Source of the DNA: Gammaproteobacteria bacterium
GTDB taxonomy: Bacteria; Pseudomonadota; Gammaproteobacteria; Chromatiales; Chromatiaceae
Length of the DNA: 29,289 nucleotides
Reading direction: 5' to 3'
Assembly: GCA_041307205.1 (NCBI GenBank)
Contig: JBFZDU010000076.1
Span: 1 to 29,289, forward strand
Positions 9,901 to 17,654 of the stretch are shown in pieces. The notes beneath the pieces were generated by a model that was not told the origin of the DNA, did no database searches, and saw only the letters and a program-made list of their open reading frames with translations. A program made the position numbers and the translations under genes. Numbering within the stretch: position 1 is the stretch's first letter; every line of letters begins with the position of its first letter.

Positions 9901-10133
9901 CCTCGCTGCAGGCGCAGTTCCTGATTCCCATGGCGGTATCGCTCAGCTTTGGACTGGGATTCGCCACACTGCTGGTGCTGGTGCTGGTGCCGGCGCTGCT
10001 CAGCGCCATGGAAGGCGCCCGCGCCCGCCTGGGTCTGATCGCGGCCCCGGTGGACGAGATGGGTCCGAATCGGCCCGAGGCGGGCCTCCTGCAGAGTCCG
10101 GTCCCGCCCGCAGCGCCGCCCCCGGCGCGATGA
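6939..10133 (+). CDS. RND efflux permease (AcrB/AcrD/AcrF-like), 1064 aa
   Basis: AANLLM N-terminus, TM4 GIIVDDAIVVGE (proton-relay Asp pair), TM10 GIVVNDSIIL, TM11 RLRAVLLTSLTTIAGLTPL; two large periplasmic loops. Confidence 0.95.
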   Translation: MTFAHKTDLVGTFAQHRVAANLLMIAMLLAGVWALTNLNAQFFPNFEVEVVTVRTVWAGASAEDVERSITIPMEQSLRTVDGLDKLSSTSSQGVSLVTLEFPEGTAMGAATDRVEELVNAVRNLPLDAERPEISHVIRYEPVARLLLHGPERREELRPLARRIERELLDRGIAKVDITGLPEEELAIQVPLANLQDLGLSLGQVADRVAAESRDLPAGTVGRDDVGRELRTLNQQRSELGFEALPLRADRNGQLLRVGDVAEVERRPRPNQVEVMYQGRPAVELSVQRSPSADSLESARIMDQWLTETRPRLPPGVVITVYDETWQLFEDRVSLLVKNGLGGLVLVVGILFLFLNGRVAFWVTIGIPVSFMATLAVLYIAGGSINMISLFALIMALGIIVDDAIVVGEDALTHYQTGESSLEAAEGGARRMLAPVLSSSLTTIAAFIPLFAISGFIGKILGDIPFVIVCVILASLVESFLVLPGHLRHSFINMHHAEPGAFRRRWDAGFARFRNGPFRRLVSAAVDHRLATVAVAVGSVIFVAGLVMGGRLGFSFFPNVPGPVVVASATFVAGTPPDRVESFIAEVEQALYRADEELGGGLVRVASVANGKGYFTNARQAQQGEQFASVTAELIANDHREVSNEEFLAAWRAHFDEPPGIEYVTLTTRTGGHPGTELEIRLSGAGAEELKRAAVELAEALAAIPGTHGIEDDMPYGVQQLIYRLTPLGEALGLSVADVGQQLRGALDGHLAQIFNQGDEEVEVRVMLPDAERHRLSLLEDLNLVLPNGERAPLSTLLELTERRGFKALRHAEGKLAVTVYADVNRRTANAGAVREQLRTEVLPGLVERYGVNWEFTGRAEDQRETAADMQRGAVFALAMIYIVLAWVFGSYTWPLVVMAIIPFGIVGALVGHWAMGVTPTILSMFGLFALSGIVVNDSIILVVFYKQLRERGMAVREAIVESACQRLRAVLLTSLTTIAGLTPLLFETSLQAQFLIPMAVSLSFGLGFATLLVLVLVPALLSAMEGARARLGLIAAPVDEMGPNRPEAGLLQSPVPPAAPPPAR

Positions 10134-10282
10134 GCCCTTGGCGGGGTCCGCGCGCGGTGGACCAGGAGCAAGCCCCGCGGACTCGCCGCAATATTGCTCA
10201 ACCCACCGCAAACCCTTGCCCCGACGGGCGCTACCCGAGGGCAGACGGCGCATCCGTCGTCTACCTTTGTGCATGAGTTCGG

Positions 10283-10789
10283 ATGGACCGGGGGGGAAGC
10301 GGCGCTGTGTCTGGTGGGTGGCGAATTACCTGGTTGGTCTTCGCGCTCTGGCTGGGCGGCTGTGCCGGGCCGGCGCGGGTGCCGGATGCGGCGCTGCTGG
10401 ACGATCCCCGGCCGCTGGACGAGCGCCGCCAGGCTCTGCTGCGGCAGGCCGACGGGCTGGTCGGCACGCCTTACCGCTACGGCGGGGCCGATCGACGCGG
10501 GTTCGACTGCAGCGGCCTGGTTCTGTACGTCCACCGCGCGATCGGCATCGCGGTGCCGCGCACCGCCGCGGCGCAGTGGCGGCAAGCGCGCAAGGTGCCG
10601 GTGACGGGCCTGCGTGCCGGCGACCTGCTGTTCTTCCGCATCGACCGGGGCAAAGGCGATCACATTGCCATCTACGCCGGGGGCGGGCGCTTCATCCATG
10701 CCCCGTCCGGCGGCAAGGCGGTGGCGCGCGCCAACCTGGCCGATCCTTACTGGCGCGGGCAACTGGTGGGCGCGGGTTCTTACCTCTGA
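10283..10789 (+). CDS. NlpC/P60 (C40 peptidase) lipoprotein, 168 aa
   Basis: Lipobox LGGC (Cys27), GTPYRYGG, GFDCSG (catalytic Cys), GDLLFF, HIAIY (His), FIHAPS. Start may instead be GTG at 10307. Confidence 0.9.
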   Translation: MDRGGSGAVSGGWRITWLVFALWLGGCAGPARVPDAALLDDPRPLDERRQALLRQADGLVGTPYRYGGADRRGFDCSGLVLYVHRAIGIAVPRTAAAQWRQARKVPVTGLRAGDLLFFRIDRGKGDHIAIYAGGGRFIHAPSGGKAVARANLADPYWRGQLVGAGSYL

Positions 10790-11103
10790 GCGTCCGGCGC
10801 CGTGTCTTCCTGCACCAGCACCCAGGGGGCGGTTACCACCGCCCAGAGTCCAGGCTGCGCCGCTGCCCAGCGGCCGGCATCGGCGAGGGTCGCTTTGCGC
10901 ACCGCGCCGGCGTCCAGCCAGTCGCGCATCTGCGCTGCGTCGTCCCGCACCAGGGTGGCGGCGACCTCCACCAGGTCGAGCGGCCGGGCGACGCACAACA
11001 CCACGCCGCGCGCGAAATGGCGCTGCAGTTCCGGCCAGCCGAGGCGCCCGGTCTGGGCGTTGAGCAGGTCGCGGAGGTCGAGGTCGGGCTGATCGGGGGT
11101 CAT
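10780..11103 (-). CDS. DUF2288-like small protein, 107 aa
   Basis: LNAQTGRLGWPELQRHFARGVV and LWAVVTAPWVLVQE resemble DUF2288 proteins from memory; start set at MTPDQP (ATG 11103) because the upstream ATG at 11136 overlaps the -10 element. Overlaps the NlpC/P60 stop by 10 nt (convergent). Confidence 0.75.
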   Translation of the reverse strand: MTPDQPDLDLRDLLNAQTGRLGWPELQRHFARGVVLCVARPLDLVEVAATLVRDDAAQMRDWLDAGAVRKATLADAGRWAAAQPGLWAVVTAPWVLVQEDTAPDAQR

Positions 11104-11134
11104 GCAGGGAGGCTCGCCGAGTTTGCGGCAGGTC

Positions 11135-11140
11135 ATTCTA
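11135..11140 (-). promoter_or_regulatory. Putative -10 element TAGAAT for the DUF2288-like gene
   Basis: Minus-strand TAGAAT 31 nt upstream of ATG 11103. Confidence 0.5.
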
Positions 11141-11188
11141 CTGCAGCGACCCGTGGAACGAGGCAGGTCCGCGGCGGCCCTGCTTGGC

Positions 11189-11194
11189 TATGCT
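11189..11194 (+). promoter_or_regulatory. Putative -10 element TATGCT for the Nudix gene
   Basis: TAnnnT hexamer ending 6 nt before ATG 11201. Confidence 0.45.
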
Positions 11195-11200
11195 TCACCC

Positions 11201-11848
11201 ATGGAGAGTTGGCGATTGGATCCCAGCGAACTGCGGCGGCGGTTCACCCTGCCGGGCACCCCGGCCGACTGGCCGGCCTGGCGCGCCGCAGTCCTGGTGC
11301 CGTTCATCCGGGAGGCGGACGATTGGCACCTGCTGTTTATCCGCCGCGCCGAGCGGGCGGGCGACGAGCACAGCGGCCAGGTGGCTTTCCCGGGCGGGCG
11401 GGCCGAGCCGTGCGACAGCGGTGCCCTGGCCTGCGCCCTGCGCGAGACACACGAGGAGATTGGCTTGCCGGCCAGCTGGGTCGAGGTCCTGGGGTCGCTG
11501 CCCCTGCAGTGCACCCGGGCCGGCTACCCGGTCCAGCCGATCGTCGGCATCGCGCCCTGGCCGGTCGCCTTGCGACCTGACCCGGGCGAGGTGGCGCACT
11601 GCTTCACTGTGCCCCTGGCCTGGCTGGCGGATCCCGCCAACCGCCGTCCGGTGCGTTACCTCGCCGCTGACGGCCGAATCGCCCAGGTGGCCGGTTTTCA
11701 TGAATACCAGGGCGAGCACGTGTGGGGGCTCACCGCCCGCATCGTGCTGGATGTCCTGACCCGCCTCGGCCGGGTGGCGTCGGCAAACGCTTCGCTCGGC
11801 GGGACGATCACGCCGGGCGTGGCAACGGGTGGCGCGGGCCCCGGGTGA
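11201..11848 (+). CDS. Nudix hydrolase, CoA pyrophosphatase (NudL/UPF0035) type, 215 aa
   Basis: AAVLVP, LLFIRRA...HSGQVAFPGG preceding the Nudix box GGRAEPCDSGALACALRETHEEIGL, and VWGLTARI. Start re-assigned to MESWRLDP (ATG 11201). Confidence 0.88.
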   Translation: MESWRLDPSELRRRFTLPGTPADWPAWRAAVLVPFIREADDWHLLFIRRAERAGDEHSGQVAFPGGRAEPCDSGALACALRETHEEIGLPASWVEVLGSLPLQCTRAGYPVQPIVGIAPWPVALRPDPGEVAHCFTVPLAWLADPANRRPVRYLAADGRIAQVAGFHEYQGEHVWGLTARIVLDVLTRLGRVASANASLGGTITPGVATGGAGPG

Positions 11849-11962
11849 AGGTTCCGCCGTCAGGGGAGACCTGCCTGCAGTAGGGAGAGTCGCACAGGCC
11901 GGGATGAGCGCAGCCTGCCCGGCGCCCCTGGACCCATGGCCCCGACCTCATCGCGCAGCGCT

Positions 11963-12850
11963 TTATTCACGGCAATTCTCGTCCCCGTGCGCCTGGCACA
12001 GCGCCATGAAGCGGCGTGCCGCGTTGGACAGGGTGCGGTCGCGATTGCGCACCAGTCCCAGGCGGCGCGACAGGCGCACGCCCTTGATACGTACCGGCAC
12101 TATCCCTTCGTCCAGCAGGGTGGCCGGCAACAGGCTCCAGCCGAGCCCGGTCGCGACCAGCATCTTCAGGGTTTCGAGGTAATTGGTGGACATGGCGACC
12201 TGTAGCTGCAGCCCGGCCGCGGCCACCGCACGCTCCAGGATGCCGCGGGTGTAGGTGCCGGCGCTGGGCAGCACCGCCGGCAGGGCGCAGATCCGCTGCA
12301 ACGGGGTTTGGCCGGTCTGGGCCAGCGGGTGCTCTGGCCCGACCACGAAATGCAGCGGGTCGTTCCAGAGGGTCGCCAGTTCCAGGTTTGCCGGTGCCTC
12401 GGTGGGCAGGGTCACCACGGCCAGTTCCAAGTCGCCCGAGCCGACGGCGGCGCAGGCCGTTTCCGAATCCAGGAATCGCAGGTCGAGCTTCACGTCGGGG
12501 TGCTCGCGGTGAAAAGCGCGCAATACCGGCGGCAGGCGGTGCAGCCCGATATGGTGGCTGGTCCCCAGCGCTAGCGGGCCGCTGACCTGGCCGGCCAGGT
12601 TCGACACCTGACGCTTGAGTTCCGCGGCATCGGCAAGTAGCCGTTCGGCGGCCGGCAACAGGATGCGCCCGGCCTCGGTGAGCGCAATGCGCCGACCGAT
12701 GCGGTCGAACAGCCGGCGGTCCAATTCCTTCTCCAGGCCGGCGATGCGCTTGCTGACCGCCGGCTGGGTGAGGAACAGGCGGGTCGCCGCACCCGAAAAG
12801 GATCCCTGGCGGGCGACTTCGGCGAAGGCTTGCAAGGCATCGAGTTCCAT
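11963..12850 (-). CDS. LysR-type transcriptional regulator, 295 aa, divergent from leuC
   Basis: HTH signature [42 protein letters not shown]..., effector domain with GLGWSLLP. Confidence 0.95.
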   Translation of the reverse strand: MELDALQAFAEVARQGSFSGAATRLFLTQPAVSKRIAGLEKELDRRLFDRIGRRIALTEAGRILLPAAERLLADAAELKRQVSNLAGQVSGPLALGTSHHIGLHRLPPVLRAFHREHPDVKLDLRFLDSETACAAVGSGDLELAVVTLPTEAPANLELATLWNDPLHFVVGPEHPLAQTGQTPLQRICALPAVLPSAGTYTRGILERAVAAAGLQLQVAMSTNYLETLKMLVATGLGWSLLPATLLDEGIVPVRIKGVRLSRRLGLVRNRDRTLSNAARRFMALCQAHGDENCRE

Positions 12851-12857
12851 TTTTTAT

Positions 12858-12872
12858 ATTCTTTGTAGGAAT
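12858..12872. promoter_or_regulatory. LysR-type recognition box ATTC-N7-GAAT
   Basis: Perfect 4-bp dyad with T(12859)-N11-A(12871), 8 nt upstream of the lysR start codon. Confidence 0.7.
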
Positions 12873-12888
12873 GGAAAAAATGAAAAAT

Positions 12889-12907
12889 ATGAATTTGTTT
12901 TATTCAT
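12889..12907. promoter_or_regulatory. Second LysR-type dyad ATGAAT-N7-ATTCAT overlapping the leuC -35
   Basis: Perfect 6-bp inverted repeat, T(12890)-N11-A(12902). Confidence 0.6.
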
Positions 12908-12923
12908 CTTAGCCCACTATCTT
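12895..12923 (+). promoter_or_regulatory. Putative sigma70 promoter of leuC: TTGTTT-17 nt-TATCTT
   Basis: Hexamers at 12895-12900 and 12918-12923 with 17-nt spacing; SD GAGGA at 12936-12940. Confidence 0.55.
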
Positions 12924-12947
12924 TCCCGCATCACCGAGGACAGCGCG

Positions 12948-14351
12948 ATGCAAGCACGAACCCTGTACGACAAGCTCTGGGACGACCACGTGGTGCGCGT
13001 CGATGCCGACGGCACCGCCCTGTTGTATATCGATCGCCAGCTGGTGCACGAGGTCACCTCGCCGCAGGCCTTCGAGGGACTGCGCCTGGCGGGCCGCAAG
13101 CCGTGGCGGACTTCGGCCAACCTGGCCACCGCCGACCACAACGTGCCGACCACCGCGCGGGCCCAGGGCATCACCGACCCGGTGTCGCGGCTGCAGGTCG
13201 AGACCCTGGATCAGAACTGCGCCGAGTTCGGCATTGTCGAGTTCGGGATGAACGACCCACGCCAGGGCATAGTGCACGTGGTCGGTCCGGAGCAGGGCGC
13301 GACCCTGCCAGGCATGACCGTGGTGTGCGGCGACTCGCACACCTCGACCCACGGCGCGCTGGGCGCGCTGGCCTTCGGCATCGGCACCTCGGAGGTGGAG
13401 CACGTGCTGGCCACCCAATGCCTGATCCAGAAGAAGTCCAAGACCATGCGCGTGGTGGTGGACGGCACCGCCGGGCCGGGTGTGACCGCCAAGGACATAG
13501 TGCTCGCCATCATCGGCCGGATCGGCACCGCCGGCGGCAACGGCTATGCGATCGAGTTCAGCGGCCAGGCCATCCGCGACCTCTCGGTGGAAGGGCGGAT
13601 GACCGTGTGCAACATGGCGATCGAGGCCGGGGCACGCGCCGGTTTCGTCGCGGTGGACGATCAGACCATCGATTACGTCAAGGGCCGGCCCTATGCGCCG
13701 GGCCCGCAGCACTGGGAGCAGGCGGTCGCCTACTGGCGCACGCTGCACAGCGACGCGGGTGCCGAGTTCGACCGGGTGGTGGTGCTGGATGCCGCCGCCA
13801 TCGAGCCGCAGGTGACCTGGGGCACCTCCCCCGAGATGGTGGTGGCGGTCGGCGCCAGGGTGCCGGACCCGGCCGCCGAGGCGGACCCGGTCCGGGCCGA
13901 GGGCATGCGCCGCGCCCTGGACTACATGGGCCTGGCCGCCGGGACGCCGATCACGGAGATCGCGGTGGACAAGGTGTTCATCGGCTCCTGTACCAACTCG
14001 CGCATCGAGGACCTGCGCGCCGCCGCCGCGGTGGCCAAGGGGCGGCGGGTGGCGGGCAACGTGAGACTGGCCCTGGTGGTGCCAGGTTCCGGGCTGGTAA
14101 AGGCCCAGGCCGAACGCGAAGGCTTGGACCGCATTTTCATCGCCGCCGGTTTCGAATGGCGTGAGCCGGGCTGTTCCATGTGCCTGGCCATGAATGCCGA
14201 CCGGCTGGAGCCGGGTGAGCGCTGCGCCTCGACGTCCAACCGCAACTTCGAGGGGCGGCAGGGTCAGGGCGGGCGCACCCACCTGGTGAGCCCCGCCATG
14301 GCGGCGGCGGCGGCCGTCGCCGGTCACTTCGTCGACGTGCGCGGGTTGTGA
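12948..14351 (+). CDS. leuC: 3-isopropylmalate dehydratase large subunit, 467 aa
   Basis: [11 protein letters not shown] start with SD GAGGA; [20 protein letters not shown], Fe-S ligands FIGSCTNSR and [23 protein letters not shown]. Confidence 0.98.
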   Translation: MQARTLYDKLWDDHVVRVDADGTALLYIDRQLVHEVTSPQAFEGLRLAGRKPWRTSANLATADHNVPTTARAQGITDPVSRLQVETLDQNCAEFGIVEFGMNDPRQGIVHVVGPEQGATLPGMTVVCGDSHTSTHGALGALAFGIGTSEVEHVLATQCLIQKKSKTMRVVVDGTAGPGVTAKDIVLAIIGRIGTAGGNGYAIEFSGQAIRDLSVEGRMTVCNMAIEAGARAGFVAVDDQTIDYVKGRPYAPGPQHWEQAVAYWRTLHSDAGAEFDRVVVLDAAAIEPQVTWGTSPEMVVAVGARVPDPAAEADPVRAEGMRRALDYMGLAAGTPITEIAVDKVFIGSCTNSRIEDLRAAAAVAKGRRVAGNVRLALVVPGSGLVKAQAEREGLDRIFIAAGFEWREPGCSMCLAMNADRLEPGERCASTSNRNFEGRQGQGGRTHLVSPAMAAAAAVAGHFVDVRGL

Positions 14352-14371
14352 CGTTTAGGGGAGCTGGCAAC

Positions 14372-14512
14372 ATGAAACGACTGCTTGCGTTCGGGCTGGC
14401 CCTGGGCATCGCACTGCCTGCCCTGGGTGCGCTGACCGGCTGCGAGACCGTCAAGGGCTTGGGTCGAGATATCGAAAACGCCGGCGAAGCGATTCAGCGA
14501 TCGACGAGGTAA
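14372..14512 (+). CDS. Entericidin A/B family small lipoprotein, 46 aa (not in ORF track)
   Basis: ATG 14372 with SD AGGGGAG 8 nt upstream; translation MKRLLAFGLALGIALPALGALTGCETVKGLGRDIENAGEAIQRSTR*; basic N-region, hydrophobic core, lipobox LTGC, entericidin-like C-x-T-x-x-G-x-G-x-D-I-x-x-x-G-x-A-I. Confidence 0.9.
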   Translation: MKRLLAFGLALGIALPALGALTGCETVKGLGRDIENAGEAIQRSTR

Positions 14513-14515
14513 GGC

Positions 14516-15154
14516 ATGGAACCGTTCAAGATCTTCACCGGCGTGGTGTGTCCGTTGGACCGCTCCAACGTGGACACCGATGCCATCATCCCCAAGCAGT
14601 TCCTGAAGTCGATCCAGCGCACCGGCTTCGGGCCAAACCTGTTCGACGCCTGGCGCTACCTCGATCAGGGCGAGCCGGGCCGGGACAACAGCGGGCGCCC
14701 GCTGAACCCGGATTTCGTCCTGAACGATCCGCGCTATGCCGGGGCGAGCATCCTGCTGGCGCGCGAGAACTTCGGCTGCGGCTCGTCCCGCGAGCACGCG
14801 CCCTGGGCGCTGATCGACTATGGCTTCAAGGTGGTGATCGCGCCGAGCTTTGCCGACATCTTTTTCAATAACAGCTTCAAGAACGGCCTGCTGCCGATCG
14901 TCCTCGACGCGGCGGTGGTGGATGGATTGTTCGCGCGGGCCGACGGGCCGCAGGCGTTGCGGATCGAGGTCGATTTGGCCGCCCAGCAGTTGCGTCCGGC
15001 CGGCGGGACGCCGATCCCGTTCGTCGTCGATCCCTTCCGCAAGCACTGCCTGCTCGAAGGCCTGGACGATATCGGTCTGACGCTGCAGCACGTCGATGAG
15101 ATCCGTGCCTACGAGGCGCAGCGCCGGCAGCGGGCACCCTGGCTGATGTCATGA
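14516..15154 (+). CDS. leuD: 3-isopropylmalate dehydratase small subunit, 212 aa
   Basis: [54 protein letters not shown]. Confidence 0.98.
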   Translation: MEPFKIFTGVVCPLDRSNVDTDAIIPKQFLKSIQRTGFGPNLFDAWRYLDQGEPGRDNSGRPLNPDFVLNDPRYAGASILLARENFGCGSSREHAPWALIDYGFKVVIAPSFADIFFNNSFKNGLLPIVLDAAVVDGLFARADGPQALRIEVDLAAQQLRPAGGTPIPFVVDPFRKHCLLEGLDDIGLTLQHVDEIRAYEAQRRQRAPWLMS

Positions 15155-15158
15155 ACTG

Positions 15159-15323
15159 ACCGCCAGGACGCCAGGCGCCGGCGAAGTCTTGGTCGGGCGC
15201 GCTGCCGGTGCCGATGATGGCCGGTCGACTAACAAATTTTCAACTGACAGGAGGCGGCTGGACGCAGGCAGGTCGGGGTGGTTGTCCGGTGCGACACCCT
15301 GGCGCTGTTGGCGTCCTGGCGGT
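15159..15323. repeat. 165-bp intergenic element bounded by perfect 15-bp inverted repeats
   Basis: ACCGCCAGGACGCCA (15159-15173) and TGGCGTCCTGGCGGT (15309-15323) are exact reverse complements; no target-site duplication seen. Confidence 0.75.
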
Positions 15324-15331
15324 AAAGAACC

Positions 15332-16408
15332 ATGAGCAAACGCATACTGGTGTTGCCGGGTGATGGCATAGGATCCGAGATCGTGGCCGAGGCCCTGAAG
15401 GTGCTGGACGCCTTGCAGGGCACGCACGGCCTGGACCTGGAACTCGACGAGGGCTTGATCGGGGGCGCCGCCTACGACGCGGTCGGCCAGCCGCTGCCCG
15501 AGGCGACCCTGGAGATGGCGCGGGCGGCCGATGCCGTGCTGCTCGGCGCGGTGGGCGGCCCCAAGTGGGAGCCGCTCGATATCTCTGTGCGCCCCGAGAA
15601 AGGCCTGCTCGGCATCCGCAAGGCACTGGGACTGTTCGCCAACCTGCGCCCGGCCATTCTCTACCCGCAACTCGCCGATGCCTCGACGCTCAAGCCCGAG
15701 GTGGTCGCGGGGCTGGACCTGATGATCGTGCGCGAGCTCACCGGCGGCATCTATTTCGGTCAGCCGCGCGGCGTGCGCACCCTGGAGAACGGCGAGCGCG
15801 AAGGCTTCAACACCCTCGTGTACCGCGAATCGGAGATCGAACGCATCGTGCGGGTCGCTTGCGACATCGCCATGCGGCGCGGCCGCAAGCTGTGCTCGGT
15901 GGACAAGGCCAATGTGCTGGAATGCACTGAGCTGTGGCGCGAGGTGACGACCCGCGTGGTCCGCAACGAGTATCCGGATGTTCAGCTCAGTCATATGTAC
16001 GTCGACAATGCCGCGATGCAGCTGGTCAAGTGGCCCAAGCAGTTCGACGTGATGGTCACCACCAACATGTTCGGCGACATCCTGTCCGACTGCGCGGCGA
16101 TGACCACGGGCTCGATCGGCATGCTGCCCTCGGCGTCGCTGAACGCGACGGGGCAGGGCATGTACGAACCGATCCACGGTTCGGCGCCGGATATCGCCGG
16201 TCAGGGCATCGCCAACCCTCTGGCGACCATCCTGTCCGTGGCCATGATGCTGCGCTACAGCCTGGACGAGCCGGCCCTGGCCGGGCGTGTCGAGGCGGCG
16301 GTGAGCCGGGTCCTGGACGACGGCCTGCGCACCCCGGACATCCTGTCGGCGGGGATGACGCGGGTGAACACCGAGCAGATGGGCGACGCGGTAGTCGCGG
16401 CGCTGTAA
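15332..16408 (+). CDS. leuB: 3-isopropylmalate dehydrogenase, 358 aa
   Basis: [62 protein letters not shown]. Confidence 0.98.
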   Translation: MSKRILVLPGDGIGSEIVAEALKVLDALQGTHGLDLELDEGLIGGAAYDAVGQPLPEATLEMARAADAVLLGAVGGPKWEPLDISVRPEKGLLGIRKALGLFANLRPAILYPQLADASTLKPEVVAGLDLMIVRELTGGIYFGQPRGVRTLENGEREGFNTLVYRESEIERIVRVACDIAMRRGRKLCSVDKANVLECTELWREVTTRVVRNEYPDVQLSHMYVDNAAMQLVKWPKQFDVMVTTNMFGDILSDCAAMTTGSIGMLPSASLNATGQGMYEPIHGSAPDIAGQGIANPLATILSVAMMLRYSLDEPALAGRVEAAVSRVLDDGLRTPDILSAGMTRVNTEQMGDAVVAAL

Positions 16409-16467
16409 GATTCCAATTCGCCTACGGCGCGGCGGCGCCGGGGTTCCAGCCCAGTGGGTAAGAGCAG

Positions 16468-17583
16468 ATGAAAAGAGTCGGATTTGTCGGTTGGCGCGGT
16501 ATGGTCGGCTCGGTCCTGATGGACCGGATGCGCGAGGAGCAGGATTTTGCGCTCATCGACGAGCCGGTGTTCTTCACCACCTCCCAGGTCGGCGCAGCGG
16601 GGCCGGAGGTCGGCAAAGCCATTCCGCCGTTGCAAGATGCCCGCGATCTCGCCGCGCTGGCGCAGCTGGATGCCATCGTCACCTGCCAGGGCGGCGAGTA
16701 CACCGGCGAGGTGTTCGGGCAGCTGCGCGCGGCCGGCTGGCGGGGTTACTGGATCGATGCCGCATCGACGCTGCGCATGCAGCCGGACGCGACCATCATC
16801 CTTGATCCGGTGAACCTGCCCGTGATCGAGCAGGCACTGGCCGACGGCAAGAAGGACTTCATCGGCGGCAACTGCACCGTCAGCCTGATGCTGATGTCGC
16901 TGGGCGGGCTGTTCAATGCCGGCCTGATCGACTGGATGAGCGCCATGACCTACCAGGCCGCCTCGGGCGCCGGCGCCAAGAACATGCGCGAGTTGCTTAG
17001 CCAGATGGGTTACCTGGAAGGGGTCGTGCACCAGCAGTTGGCCGATCCGGCCTCGGCCATCCTGGACATCGACCGGCGGGTTACCGAGGCGATGCGCGCC
17101 GACGATTTTCCGCATGCCAACTTCGGGGTGCCGCTCGCGGGCAGTCTGATTCCCTGGATCGACCGCCAGCTGGACAACGGCCAAAGCCGCGAAGAATGGA
17201 AGGGCCAAGCCGAAACCAACAAGATCCTCGGCCGTTCAGACCGACCGATTCCGATCGACGGTATCTGCGTGCGGGTTGGCGCCATGCGGTGCCACAGCCA
17301 GGCCCTCACAATCAAATTAAAGAAAGACGTACCCCTGGACGAAATAGAATCCATGCTGGCCTTAGCCAACGATTGGGTGAAGGTAATCCCGAACGATCGG
17401 GAGCTGACTGTGCGCGAACTCACCCCGACGAAGGTCACGGGCACTCTGGCGGTGCCAGTGGGTCGGCTGCGTAAGATGAACCTGGGACCCGAATTCCTGA
17501 CGGCCTTTACCGTGGGCGATCAGCTGCTCTGGGGGGCAGCGGAACCGCTGCGGCGGATGTTGCGAATTCTGTTGGCGGATTGA
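16468..17583 (+). CDS. asd: Aspartate-semialdehyde dehydrogenase (gammaproteobacterial type), 371 aa
   Basis: [21 protein letters not shown] (catalytic Cys), [35 protein letters not shown]. Confidence 0.98.
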   Translation: MKRVGFVGWRGMVGSVLMDRMREEQDFALIDEPVFFTTSQVGAAGPEVGKAIPPLQDARDLAALAQLDAIVTCQGGEYTGEVFGQLRAAGWRGYWIDAASTLRMQPDATIILDPVNLPVIEQALADGKKDFIGGNCTVSLMLMSLGGLFNAGLIDWMSAMTYQAASGAGAKNMRELLSQMGYLEGVVHQQLADPASAILDIDRRVTEAMRADDFPHANFGVPLAGSLIPWIDRQLDNGQSREEWKGQAETNKILGRSDRPIPIDGICVRVGAMRCHSQALTIKLKKDVPLDEIESMLALANDWVKVIPNDRELTVRELTPTKVTGTLAVPVGRLRKMNLGPEFLTAFTVGDQLLWGAAEPLRRMLRILLAD

Positions 17584-17654
17584 CGCCGGCCACACGTCGT
17601 CGCCGTCTGCCTGCCGCCTCGCCGCCGCCTGTTAGGGACCAGGGTCCATTAGTG

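Noticed and set aside
10134-10282. Several short hairpins as a riboswitch (e.g. ydaO type) for the NlpC/P60 gene
   Set aside because: Stems are only 4-6 bp, GC-only, and conserved riboswitch nucleotides are absent.
10290-10296. G7 homopolymer near the NlpC/P60 start as a phase-variation tract
   Set aside because: Seven G is short and unremarkable at this GC content, and it may lie upstream of the true start (GTG 10307).
15214-15363. 49-codon ORF starting inside the inverted-repeat element
   Set aside because: No SD, no recognisable motif, overlaps leuB out of frame.
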